Assembly: GCA_964057225.1 (NCBI GenBank)
Contig: OZ059895.1
Span: forward strand, 3,720,001 to 3,784,000
Length of the DNA: 64,000 bases
Source: Auanema rhodensis
Taxonomy: Eukaryota; Animalia; Nematoda
Reading direction: 5' to 3'
Shown: positions 10,401 through 23,868 of the stretch, in pieces
Numbering within the stretch: the first letter of the stretch is position 1
Layout: each line of letters opens with the position of its first letter
Position numbers and translations under genes: made by a program
Notes under the pieces: model-generated
The model's input: the letters and a program-made list of their open reading frames with translations, nothing else
Database searches by the model: none
What the model was told of the DNA's origin: nothing

Positions 10401-13400
10401 ACAGGTTACTCTTAATTAATGAACTGACCGACTAATCAGACATGGATCTTTCCAAGTTCTGTTGCTTGAACGGATGTTTTCCTACGTAGGCTAGTAAAAC
10501 ATGCCCTTCAAAGCATCAGAACATGTGATCACATTCCAATTTTTTTGTATCTATTTTGTAAAGATAGTAATAAACTTTGATTTTTGTACACCCATAAATT
10601 TTACGCAGCACAGGTTACCCTTAAATAATGAACTGACCGACTAATCAGACATGGATCTTTCCAAGTTCTGTTGCTTGAACGGATGTTTTCCTACGTAGGC
10701 TAGTAAAACATGCCCTTCAAAGCATCAGAACATGTGATCACATTCCAATTTTTTTGTATCTATCTTGTAAAGATAGTAATATATCATATGTTGAACACTA
10801 TGTTGGAAAGATTTTAATTCAGATTTTCGAACTTTTATTCAGTTTGTTTTTTAAACTTTGATTAAGAACTTTGATTTTTGTACACCCATAAATTATACGC
10901 AGCACAGGTTACTCTTAATTAATGAACTGACCGACTAATCAGACATGGATCTTTCCAAGTTCTGTTGCTTGAATGGATGTTTTCCTACGTAGGCTAGTAA
11001 AACATGCCCTTCAAAGCATCAGAACATGTGATCACATTCCAATTTTTTTGTATCTATCTTGTAAAGATAGTAATATATCATATGTTGAACACTATGTTGG
11101 AAAGATTTTAATTCAGATTTTCGAACTTTTATTCAGTTTGTTTTTTAAACTTTGATTAAGAACTTTGATTTTTGTACACCCATAAATTATACGCAGCACA
11201 GGTTACTCTTAATTAATGAACTGACCGACTAATCAGACATGGATCTTTCCAAGTTCTGTTGCTTGAATGGATGTTTTCCTACGTAGGCTAGTAAAACATG
11301 CCCTTCAAAGCATCAGAACATGTGACCACATTCCAATTTTTCTGTATCTATCTTGTAAAGATAGTAATAAACTTTGATTTTTGTACACCCATAAATTATA
11401 CGCAGCACAGGTTACCCTTAAATAATGAACTGACCGACTAATCAGACATGGATCTTTCCTAGTTCTGTTGCTTGAATGGATGTTTTCCTACGTAGGCTAG
11501 TAAAACATGCCCTTCAAAGCATCAGAACATGTGATCACATTCCAATTTTTTTGTATCTATCTTGTAAAGATAGTAATATATCATATGTTGAACACTATGT
11601 TGGAAAGATTTTAATTCAGATTTTCTAACTTTTAATCAGTTTGTTTTTTAAACTTTGATTAAGAACTTTGATTTTTGTACACCCATAAATTATACGCAGC
11701 ACAGGTTACCCTTAAATAATGAACTGACCGACTAATCAGACATGGATCTTTCCTAGTTCTGTTGCTTGAATGGATGTTTTCCTACGTAGGCTAGTAAAAC
11801 ATGCCCTTCAAAGCATCAGAACATGTGATCACATTCCAATTTTTTTGTATCTATTTTGTGAAGATAGTAATAAACTTTGATTTTTGTACACCCATAAATT
11901 TTACGCAGCACAGGTTACCCTTAAATAATGAACTGACCGACTAATCAGACATGGATCTTTCCTAGTTCTGTTGCTTGAATGGATGTTTTCCTACGTAGGC
12001 TAGTAAAACATGCCCTTCAAAGCATCAGAACATGTGATCACATTCCAATTTTTTTGTATCTATCTTGTAAAGATAGTAATATATCATATGTTGAACACTA
12101 TGTTGGAAAGATTTTAATTCAGATTTTCTAACTTTTATTCAGTTTGTTTTTTAAACTTTGATTAAGAACTTTGATTTTTGTACACCCATAAATTATACGC
12201 AGCACAGGTTAACCTTAAATAATGAACTGACCGACTAATCAGACATGGATCTTTCCTAGTTCTGTTGCTTGAATGGATGTTTTCCTACGTAGGCTAGTAA
12301 AACATGCCCTTCAAAGCATCAGAACATGTGATCACATTCCAATTTTTTTGTATCTATCTTGTAAAGATAGTAATATATCATATGTTGAACACTATGTTGG
12401 AAAGATTTTAATTCAGATTTTCTAACTTTTATTCAGTTTGTTTTTTAAACTTTGATTAAGAACTTTGATTTTTGTACACCCATAAATTATACGCAGCACA
12501 GGTTACCCTTAAATAATGAACTGACCGACTAATCAGACATGGATCTTTCCTAGTTCTGTTGCTTGAATGGATGTTTTCCTACGTAGGCTAGTAAAACATG
12601 CCCTTCAAAGCATCAGAACATGTGATCACATTCCAATTTTTTTGTATCTATCTTGTAAAGATAGTAATATATCATATGTTGAATACTATGTTGGAAAGAT
12701 TTTAATTCAGATTTTCTAACTTTTATTCAGTTTGTTTTTTAAACTTTGATTAAGAACTTTGATTTTTGTACACCCATAAATTATACGCAGCACAGGTTAC
12801 TCTTAATTAATGAACTGACCGACTAATCAGACATGGATCTTTCCAAGTTCTGTTGCTTGAACGGATGTTTTCCTACGTAGGCTAGTAAAACATGCCCTTC
12901 AAAGCATCAGAACATGTGATCACATTCCAATTTTTTTGTATCTATTTTGTAAAGATAGTAATAAACTTTGATTTTTGTACACCCATAAATTATACGCAGC
13001 ACAGGTTACCCTTAAATAATGAACTGACCGACTAATCAGACATGGATCTTTCCTAGTTCTGTTGCTTGAATGGATGTTTTCCTACGTAGGCTAGTAAAAC
13101 ATGCCCTTCAAAGCATCAGAACATGTGATCACATTCCAATTTTTTTGTATCTATCTTGTAAAGATAGTAATATATCATATGTTGAACACTATGTTGGAAA
13201 GATTTTAATTCAGATTTTCTAACTTTTAATCAGTTTGTTTTTTAAACTTTGATTAAGAACTTTGATTTTTGTACACCCATAAATTATACGCAGCACAGGT
13301 TACCCTTAAATAATGAACTGACCGACTAATCAGACATGGATCTTTCCTAGTTCTGTTGCTTGAATGGATGTTTTCCTACGTAGGCTAGTAAAACATGCCC

Positions 13401-16400
13401 TTCAAAGCATCAGAACATGTGATCACATTCCAATTTTTTTGTATCTATCTTGTAAAGATAGTAATATATCATATGTTGAATACTATGTTGGAAAGATTTT
13501 AATTCAGATTTTCTAACTTTTATTCAGTTTGTTTTTTAAACTTTGATTAAGAACTTTGATTTTTGTACACCCATAAATTATACGCAGCACAGGTTACTCT
13601 TAATTAATGAACTGACCGACTAATCAGACATGGATCTTTCCAAGTTCTGTTGCTTGAACGGATGTTTTCCTACGTAGGCTAGTAAAACATGCCCTTCAAA
13701 GCATCAGAACATGTGATCACATTCCAATTTTTTTGTATCTATTTTGTAAAGATAGTAATAAACTTTGATTTTTGTACACCCATAAATTTTACGCAGCACA
13801 GGTTACCCTTAAATAATGAACTGACCGACTAATCAGACATGGATCTTTCCTAGTTCTGTTGCTTGAATGGATGTTTTCCTACGTAGGCTAGTAAAACATG
13901 CCCTTCAAAGCATCAGAACATGTGATCACATTCCAATTTTTTTGTATCTATCTTGTAAAGATAGTAATATATCATATGTTGAACACTATGTTGGAAAGAT
14001 TTTAATTCAGATTTTCGAACTTTTATTCAGTTTGTTTTTTAAACTTTGATTAAGAACTTTGATTTTTGTACACCCATAAATTATACGCAGCACAGGTTAC
14101 TCTTAATTAATGAACTGACCGACTAATCAGACATGGATCTTTCCAAGTTCTGTTGCTTGAACGGATGTTTTCCTACGTAGGCTAGTAAAACATGCCCTTC
14201 AAAGCATCAGAACATGTGACCACATTCCAATTTTTCTGTATCTATCTTGTAAAGATAGTAATAAACTTTGATTTTTGTACACCCATAAATTATACGCAGC
14301 ACAGGTTACCCTTAAATAATGAACTGACCGACTAATCAGACATGGATCTTTCCTAGTTCTGTTGCTTGAATGGATGTTTTCCTACGTAGGCTAGTAAAAC
14401 ATGCCCTTCAAAGCATCAGAACATGTGATCACATTCCAATTTTTTTGTATCTATCTTGTAAAGATAGTAATATATCATATGTTGAATACTATGTTGGAAA
14501 GATTTTAATTCAGATTTTCTAACTTTTATTCAGTTTGTTTTTTAAACTTTGATTAAGAACTTTGATTTTTGTACACCCATAAATTATACGCAGCACAGGT
14601 TACTCTTAATTAATGAACTGACCGACTAATCAGACATGGATCTTTCCAAGTTCTGTTGCTTGAACGGATGTTTTCCTACGTAGGCTAGTAAAACATGCCC
14701 TTCAAAGCATCAGAACATGTGATCACATTCCAATTTTTTTGTATCTATTTTGTAAAGATAGTAATAAACTTTGATTTTTGTACACCCATAAATTTTACGC
14801 AGCACAGGTTACCCTTAAATAATGAACTGACCGACTAATCAGACATGGATCTTTCCAAGTTCTGTTGCTTGAACGGATGTTTTCCTACGTAGGCTAGTAA
14901 AACATGCCCTTCAAAGCATCAGAACATGTGATCACATTCCAATTTTTTTGTATCTATCTTGTAAAGATAGTAATATATCATATGTTGAACACTATGTTGG
15001 AAAGATTTTAATTCAGATTTTCGAACTTTTATTCAGTTTGTTTTTTAAACTTTGATTAAGAACTTTGATTTTTGTACACCCATAAATTATACGCAGCACA
15101 GGTTACTCTTAATTAATGAACTGACCGACTAATCAGACATGGATCTTTCCAAGTTCTGTTGCTTGAACGGATGTTTTCCTACGTAGGCTAGTAAAACATG
15201 CCCTTCAAAGCATCAGAACATGTGACCACATTCCAATTTTTCTGTATCTATCTTGTAAAGATAGTAATAAACTTTGATTTTTGTACACCCATAAATTATA
15301 CGCAGCACAGGTTACCCTTAAATAATGAACTGACCGACTAATCAGACATGGATCTTTCCTAGTTCTGTTGCTTGAATGGATGTTTTCCTACGTAGGCTAG
15401 TAAAACATGCCCTTCAAAGCATCAGAACATGTGATCACATTCCAATTTTTTTGTATCTATCTTGTAAAGATAGTAATATATCATATGTTGAACACTATGT
15501 TGGAAAGATTTTAATTCAGATTTTCTAACTTTTAATCAGTTTGTTTTTTAAACTTTGATTAAGAACTTTGATTTTTGTACACCCATAAATTATACGCAGC
15601 ACAGGTTACCCTTAAATAATGAACTGACCGACTAATCAGACATGGATCTTTCCTAGTTCTGTTGCTTGAATGGATGTTTTCCTACGTAGGCTAGTAAAAC
15701 ATGCCCTTCAAAGCATCAGAACATGTGATCACATTCCAATTTTTTTGTATCTATTTTGTGAAGATAGTAATAAACTTTGATTTTTGTACACCCATAAATT
15801 TTACGCAGCACAGGTTACCCTTAAATAATGAACTGACCGACTAATCAGACATGGATCTTTCCTAGTTCTGTTGCTTGAATGGATGTTTTCCTACGTAGGC
15901 TAGTAAAACATGCCCTTCAAAGCATCAGAACATGTGATCACATTCCAATTTTTTTGTATCTATCTTGTAAAGATAGTAATATATCATATGTTGAACACTA
16001 TGTTGGAAAGATTTTAATTCAGATTTTCGAACTTTTATTCAGTTTGTTTTTTAAACTTTGATTAAGAACTTTGATTTTTGTACACCCATAAATTATACGC
16101 AGCACAGGTTACCCTTAAATAATGAACTGACCGACTAATCAGACATGGATCTTTCCTAGTTCTGTTGCTTGAATGGATGTTTTCCTACGTAGGCTAGTAA
16201 AACATGCCCTTCAAAGCATCAGAACATGTGATCACATTCCAATTTTTTTGTATCTATCTTGTAAAGATAGTAATATATCATATGTTGAACACTATGTTGG
16301 AAAGATTTTAATTCAGATTTTCGAACTTTTATTCAGTTTGTTTTTTAAACTTTGATTAAGAACTTTGATTTTTGTACACCCATAAATTATACGCAGCACA

Positions 16401-19400
16401 GGTTACCCTTAAATAATGAACTGACCGACTAATCAGACATGGATCTTTCCTAGTTCTGTTGCTTGAATGGATGTTTTCCTACGTAGGCTAGTAAAACATG
16501 CCCTTCAAAGCATCAGAACATGTGATCACATTCCAATTTTTTTGTATCTATTTTGTAAAGATAGTAATAAACTTTGATTTTTGTACACCCATAAATTTTA
16601 CGCAGCACAGGTTACCCTTAAATAATGAACTGACCGACTAATCAGACATGGATCTTTCCTAGTTCTGTTGCTTGAATGGATGTTTTCCTACGTAGGCTAG
16701 TAAAACATGCCCTTCAAAGCATCAGAACATGTGATCACATTCCAATTTTTTTGTATCTATCTTGTAAAGATAGTAATATATCATATGTTGAACACTATGT
16801 TGGAAAGATTTTAATTCAGATTTTTTCAACTTTCACTCAGTTTGTTTTCTAAACTTTGATTAAGAACCTTGTTGTTTGTACACCCATAAATTTTACGCAG
16901 CACAGGTTACCCTTAAATAATGAACTGACCGACTAATCAGACATGGATCTTTCCTAGTTCTGTTGCTTGAATGGATGTTTTCCTACGTAGGCTAGTAAAA
17001 CATGCCCTTCAAAGCATCAGAACATGTGATCACATTCCAATTTTTTTGTATCTATCTTGTAAAGATAGTAATATATCATATGTTGAACACTATGTTGGAA
17101 AGATTTTAATTCAGATTTTCTAACTTTTATTCAGTTTGTTTTTTAAACTTTGATTAAGAACTTTGATTTTTGTACACCCATAAATTATACGCAGCACAGG
17201 TTACCCTTAAATAATGAACTGACCGACTAATCAGACATGGATCTTTCCTAGTTCTGTTGCTTGAATGGATGTTTTCCTACGTAGGCTAGTAAAACATGCC
17301 CTTCAAAGCATCAGAACATGTGATCACATTCCAATTTTTTTGTATCTATCTTGTAAAGATAGTAATATATCATATGTTGAATACTATGTTGGAAAGATTT
17401 TAATTCAGATTTTCTAACTTTTATTCAGTTTGTTTTTTAAACTTTGATTAAGAACTTTGATTTTTGTACACCCATAAATTATACGCAGCACAGGTTACTC
17501 TTAATTAATGAACTGACCGACTAATCAGACATGGATCTTTCCAAGTTCTGTTGCTTGAACGGATGTTTTCCTACGTAGGCTAGTAAAACATGCTCTTCAA
17601 AGCATCAGAACATGTGATCACATTCCAATTTTTTTGTATCTATTTTGTAAAGATAGTAATAAACTTTGATTTTTGTACACCCATAAATTTTACGCAGCAC
17701 AGGTTACCCTTAAATAATGAACTGACCGACTAATCAGACATGGATCTTTCCTAGTTCTGTTGCTTGAATGGATGTTTTCCTACGTAGGCTAGTAAAACAT
17801 GCCCTTCAAAGCATCAGAACATGTGATCACATTCCAATTTTTTTGTATCTATCTTGTAAAGATAGTAATATATCATATGTTGAACACTATGTTGGAAAGA
17901 TTTTAATACAGATTTTCGAACTTTTATTCAGTTTGTTTTTTAAACTTTGATTAAGAACTTTGATTTTTGTACACCCATAAATTATACGCAGCACAGGTTA
18001 CTCTTAATTAATGAACTGACCGGCTAATCAGACATGGATCTTTCCAAGTTCTGTTGCTTGAACGGATGTTTTCCTACGTAGGCTAGTAAAACATGCCCTT
18101 CAAAGCATCAGAACATGTGACCACATTCCAATTTTTCTGTATCTATCTTGTAAAGATAGTAATAAACTTTGATTTTTGTACACCCATAAATTATACGCAG
18201 CACAGGTTACCCTTAAATAATGAACTGACCGACTAATCAGACATGGATCTTTCCTAGTTCTGTTGCTTGAATGGATGTTTTCCTACGTAGGCTAGTAAAA
18301 CATGCCCTTCAAAGCATCAGAACATGTGATCACATTCCAATTTTTTTGTATCTATCTTGTAAAGATAGTAATATATCATATGTTGAACACTATGTTGGAA
18401 AGATTTTAATTCAGATTTTCGAACTTTTATTCAGTTTGTTTTTTAAACTTTGATTAAGAACTTTGATTTTTGTACACCCATAAATTATACGCAGCACAGG
18501 TTACTCTTAATTAATGAACTGACCGACTAATCAGACATGGATCTTTCCAAGTTCTGTTGCTTGAACGGATGTTTTCCTACGTAGGCTAGTAAAACATGCC
18601 CTTCAAAGCATCAGAACATGTGACCACATTCCAATTTTTCTGTATCTATCTTGTAAAGATAGTAATAAACTTTGATTTTTGTACACCCATAAATTATACG
18701 CAGCACAGGTTACCCTTAAATAATGAACTGACCGACTAATCAGACATGGATCTTTCCTAGTTCTGTTGCTTGAATGGATGTTTTCCTACGTAGGCTAGTA
18801 AAACATGCCCTTCAAAGCATCAGAACATGTGATCACATTCCAATTTTTTTGTATCTATCTTGTAAAGATAGTAATATATCATATGTTGAACACTATGTTG
18901 GAAAGATTTTAATTCAGATTTTCTAACTTTTAATCAGTTTGTTTTTTAAACTTTGATTAAGAACTTTGATTTTTGTACACCCATAAATTATACGCAGCAC
19001 AGGTTACCCTTAAATAATGAACTGACCGACTAATCAGACATGGATCTTTCCTAGTTCTGTTGCTTGAATGGATGTTTTCCTACGTAGGCTAGTAAAACAT
19101 GCCCTTCAAAGCATCAGAACATGTGATCACATTCCAATTTTTTTGTATCTATTTTGTGAAGATAGTAATAAACTTTGATTTTTGTACACCCATAAATTTT
19201 ACGCAGCACAGGTTACCCTTAAATAATGAACTGACCGACTAATCAGACATGGACCTTTCCTAGTTCTGTTGCTTGAATGGATGTTTTCCTACGTAGGCTA
19301 GTAAAACATGCCCTTCAAAGCATCAGAACATGTGATCACATTCCAATTTTTTTGTATCTATCTTGTAAAGATAGTAATATATCATATGTTGAACACTATG

Positions 19401-22400
19401 TTGGAAAGATTTTAATTCAGATTTTCGAACTTTTATTCAGTTTGTTTTTTAAACTTTGATTAAGAACTTTGATTTTTGTACACCCATAAATTATACGCAG
19501 CACAGGTTACCCTTAAATAATGAACTGACCGACTAATCAGACATGGATCTTTCCTAGTTCTGTTGCTTGAATGGATGTTTTCCTACGTAGGCTAGTAAAA
19601 CATGCCCTTCAAAGCATCAGAACATGTGATCACATTCCAATTTTTTTGTATCTATTTTGTAAAGATAGTAATAAACTTTGATTTTTGTACACCCATAAAT
19701 TTTACGCAGCACAGGTTACCCTTAAATAATGAACTGACCGACTAATCAGACATGGATCTTTCCTAGTTCTGTTGCTTGAATGGATGTTTTCCTACGTAGG
19801 CTAGTAAAACATGCCCTTCAAAGCATCAGAACATGTGATCACATTCCAATTTTTTTGTATCTATCTTGTAAAGATAGTAATATATCATATGTTGAACACT
19901 ATGTTGGAAAGATTTTAATTCAGATTTTCGAACTTTTATTCAGTTTGTTTTTTAAACTTTGATTAAGAACTTTGATTTTTGTACACCCATAAATTATACG
20001 CAGCACAGGTTACCCTTAATTAATGAACTGACCGACTAATCAGACATGGATCTTTCCAAGTTCTGTTGCTTGAACGGATGTTTTCCTACGTAGGCTAGTA
20101 AAACATGCCCTTCAAAGCATCAGAACATGTGACCACATTCCAATTTTTTTGTATCTATCTTGTAAAGATAGTAATATATCATGTGTTGAACACTATGTTG
20201 GAAAGATTTTAATTCAGATTTTCGAACTTTTATTCAGTTTGTTTTTTAAACTTTGATTAAGAACTTTGATTTTTGTACACCCATAAATTATACGCAGCAC
20301 AGGTTACCCTTAAATAATGAACTGACCGACTAATCAGACATGGATCTTTCCTAGTTCTGTTGCTTGAATGGATGTTTTCCTACGTAGGCTAGTAAAACAT
20401 GCCCTTCAAAGCATCAGAACATGTGATCACATTCCAATTTTTTTGTATCTATCTTGTAAAGATAGTAATAAACTTTGATTTTTGTACACCCATAAATTAT
20501 ACGCAGCACAGGTTACCCTTAAATAATGAACTGACCGACTAATCAGACATGGATCTTTCCTAGTTCTGTTGCTTGAATGGATGTTTTCCTACGTAGGCTA
20601 GTAAAACATGCCCTTCAAAGCATCAGAACATGTGATCACATTCCAATTTTTTTGTATCTATCTTGTAAAGATAGTAATAAACTTTGATTTTTGTACACCC
20701 ATAAATTATACGCAGCACAGGTTACCCTTAAATAATGAACTGACCGACTAATCAAACATGGATCTTTCCTAGTTCTGTTGCTTGAATGGATGTTTTCCTA
20801 CGTAGGCTAGTGAAACATGCCCTTCAAAGCATCAGAACATGTGATCACATTCCAATTTTTTTGTATCTATCTTGTAAAGATAGTAATATATCATATGTTG
20901 AACACTATGTTGGAAAGATTTTAATTCAGATTTTCTAACTTTTAATCAGTTTGTTTTTTAAACTTTGATTAAGAACTTTGATTTTTGTACACCCATAAAT
21001 TATACGCAGCACAGGTTACCCTTAAATAATGAACTGACCGACTAATCAGACATGGATCTTTCCTAGTTCTGTTGCTTGAATGGATGTTTTCCTACGTAGG
21101 CTAGTAAAACATGCCCTTTAAAGCATCAGAACATGTGATCACATTCCAATTTTTTTGTATCTATCTTGTAAAGATAGTAATATATCATATGTTGAACACT
21201 ATGTTGGAAAGATTTTAATTCAGATTTTCTAACTTTTATTCAGTTTGTTTTTTAAACTTTGATTAAGAACTTTGATTTTTGTACACCCATAAATTATACG
21301 CAGCACAGGTTACCCTTAAATAATGAACTGACCGACTAATCAGACATGGATCTTTCCTAGTTCTGTTGCTTGAATGGATGTTTTCCTACGTAGGCTAGTA
21401 AAACATGCCCTTCAAAGCATCAGAACATGTGATCACATTCCAATTTTTTTGTATCTATTTTGTAAAGATAGTAATAAACTTTGATTTTTGTACACCCATA
21501 AATTTTACGCAGCACAGGTTACCCTTAAATAATGAACTGACCGACTAATCCGACATGGATCTTTCCTAGTTCTGTTGCTTGAATGGATGTTTTCCTACGT
21601 AGGCTAGTAAAACATGCCCTTCAAAGCATCAGAACATGTGATCACATTCCAATTTTTTTGTATCTATCTTGTAAAGATAGTAATATATCATATGTTGAAC
21701 ACTATGTTGGAAAGATTTTAATTCAGATTTTCAAACTTTTATTCAGTTTGTTTTTTAAACTTTGATTAAGAACTTTGATTTTTGTACACCCATAAATTAT
21801 ACGCAGCACAGGTTACCCTTAATTAATGAACTGACCGACTAATCAGACATGGATCTTTCCAAGTTCTGTTGCTTGAACGGATGTTTTCCTACTTAGGCTA
21901 GTAAAACATGCCCTTCAAAGCATCAGAACATGTGACCACATTCCAATTTTTCTGTATCTATCTTGTAAAGATAGTAATAAACTTTGATTTTTGTACACCC
22001 ATAAATTATACGCAGCACAGGTTACCCTTAAATAATGAACTGACCGACTAATCAGACATGGATCTTTCCTAGTTCTGTTGCTTGAATGGATGTTTTCCTA
22101 CGTAGGCTAGTAAAACATGCCCTTCAAAGCATCAGAACATGTGATCACATTCCAATTTTTTTGTATCTATCTTGTAAAGATAGTAATATATCATATGTTG
22201 AACACTATGTTGGAAAGATTTTAATTCAGATTTTCAAACTTTTATTCAGTTTGTTTTTTAAACTTTGATTAAGAACTTTGATTTTTGTACACCCATAAAT
22301 TATACGCAGCACAGGTTACCCTTAATTAATGAACTGACCGACTAATCAGACATGGATCTTTCCAAGTTCTGTTGCTTGAACGGATGTTTTCCTACGTAGG

Positions 22401-23868
22401 CTAGTAAAACATGCCCTTCAAAGCATCAGAACATGTGATCACATTCCAATTTTTTTGTATCTATCTTGTAAAGATAGTAATATATCATATGTTGAACACT
22501 ATGTTGGAAAGATTTTAATTCAGATTTTTTCAACTTTCACTCAGTTTGTTTTCTAAACTTTGATTAAGAACCTTGTTGTTTGTACACCCATAAATTTTAC
22601 GCAGCACAGGTTACCCTTAAATAATGAACTGACCGACTAATCAGACATGGATCTTTCCTAGTTCTGTTGCTTGAATGGATGTTTTCCTACGTAGGCTAGT
22701 AAAACATGCCCTTCAAAGCATCAGAACATGTGATGACATTCCAATTTTTTTGTATCTATCTTGTAAAGATAGTAATATATCATATGTTGAACACTATGTT
22801 GGAAAGATTTTAATTCAGATTTTCTAACTTTTATTCAGTTTGTTTTTTAAACTTTGATTAAGAACTTTGATTTTTGTACACCCATAAATTATACGCAGCA
22901 CAGGTTACCCTTAAATAATGAACTGACCGACTAATCAGACATGGATCTTTCCTAGTTCTGTTGCTTGAATGGATGTTTTCCTACGTAGGCTAGTAAAACA
23001 TGCCCTTCAAAGCATCAGAACATGTGATCACATTCCAATTTTTTTGTATCTATCTTGTAAAGATAGTAATATATCATATGTTGAACACTATGTTGGAAAG
23101 ATTTTAATTCAGATTTTCAAACTTTTATTCAGTTTGTTTTTTAAACTTTGATTAAGAACTTTGATTTTTGTACACCCATAAATTATACGCAGCACAGGTT
23201 ACCCTTAATTAATGAACTGACCGACTAATCAGACATGGATCTTTCCAAGTTCTGTTGCTTGAACGGATGTTTTCCTACTTAGGCTAGTAAAACATGCCCT
23301 TCAAAGCATCAGAACATGTGACCACATTCCAATTTTTCTGTATCTATCTTGTAAAGATAGTAATAAACTTTGATTTTTGTACACCCATAAATTATACGCA
23401 GCACAGGTTACCCTTAAATAATGAACTGACCGACTAATCAGACATGGATCTTTCCTAGTTCTGTTGCTTGAATGGATGTTTTCCTACGTAGGCTAGTAAA
23501 ACATGCCCTTCAAAGCATCAGAACATGTGACCACATTCCAATTTTTTTGTATCTATCTTGTAAAGATAGTAATAAACTTTGATTTTTGTACACCCATAAA
23601 TTATACGCAGCACAGGTTACCCTTAAATAATGAACTGACCGACTAATCAGACATGGATCTTTCCTAGTTCTGTTGCTTGAATGGATGTTTTCCTACGTAG
23701 GCTAGTAAAACATGCCCTTCAAAGCATCAGAACATGTGATCACATTCCAATTTTTTTGTATCTATCTTGTAAAGATAGTAATATATCATATGTTGAACAC
23801 TATGTTGGAAAGATTTTAATTCAGATTTTCTAACTTTTTTTCAGTTTGTTTTTTAAACTTTGATTAAG

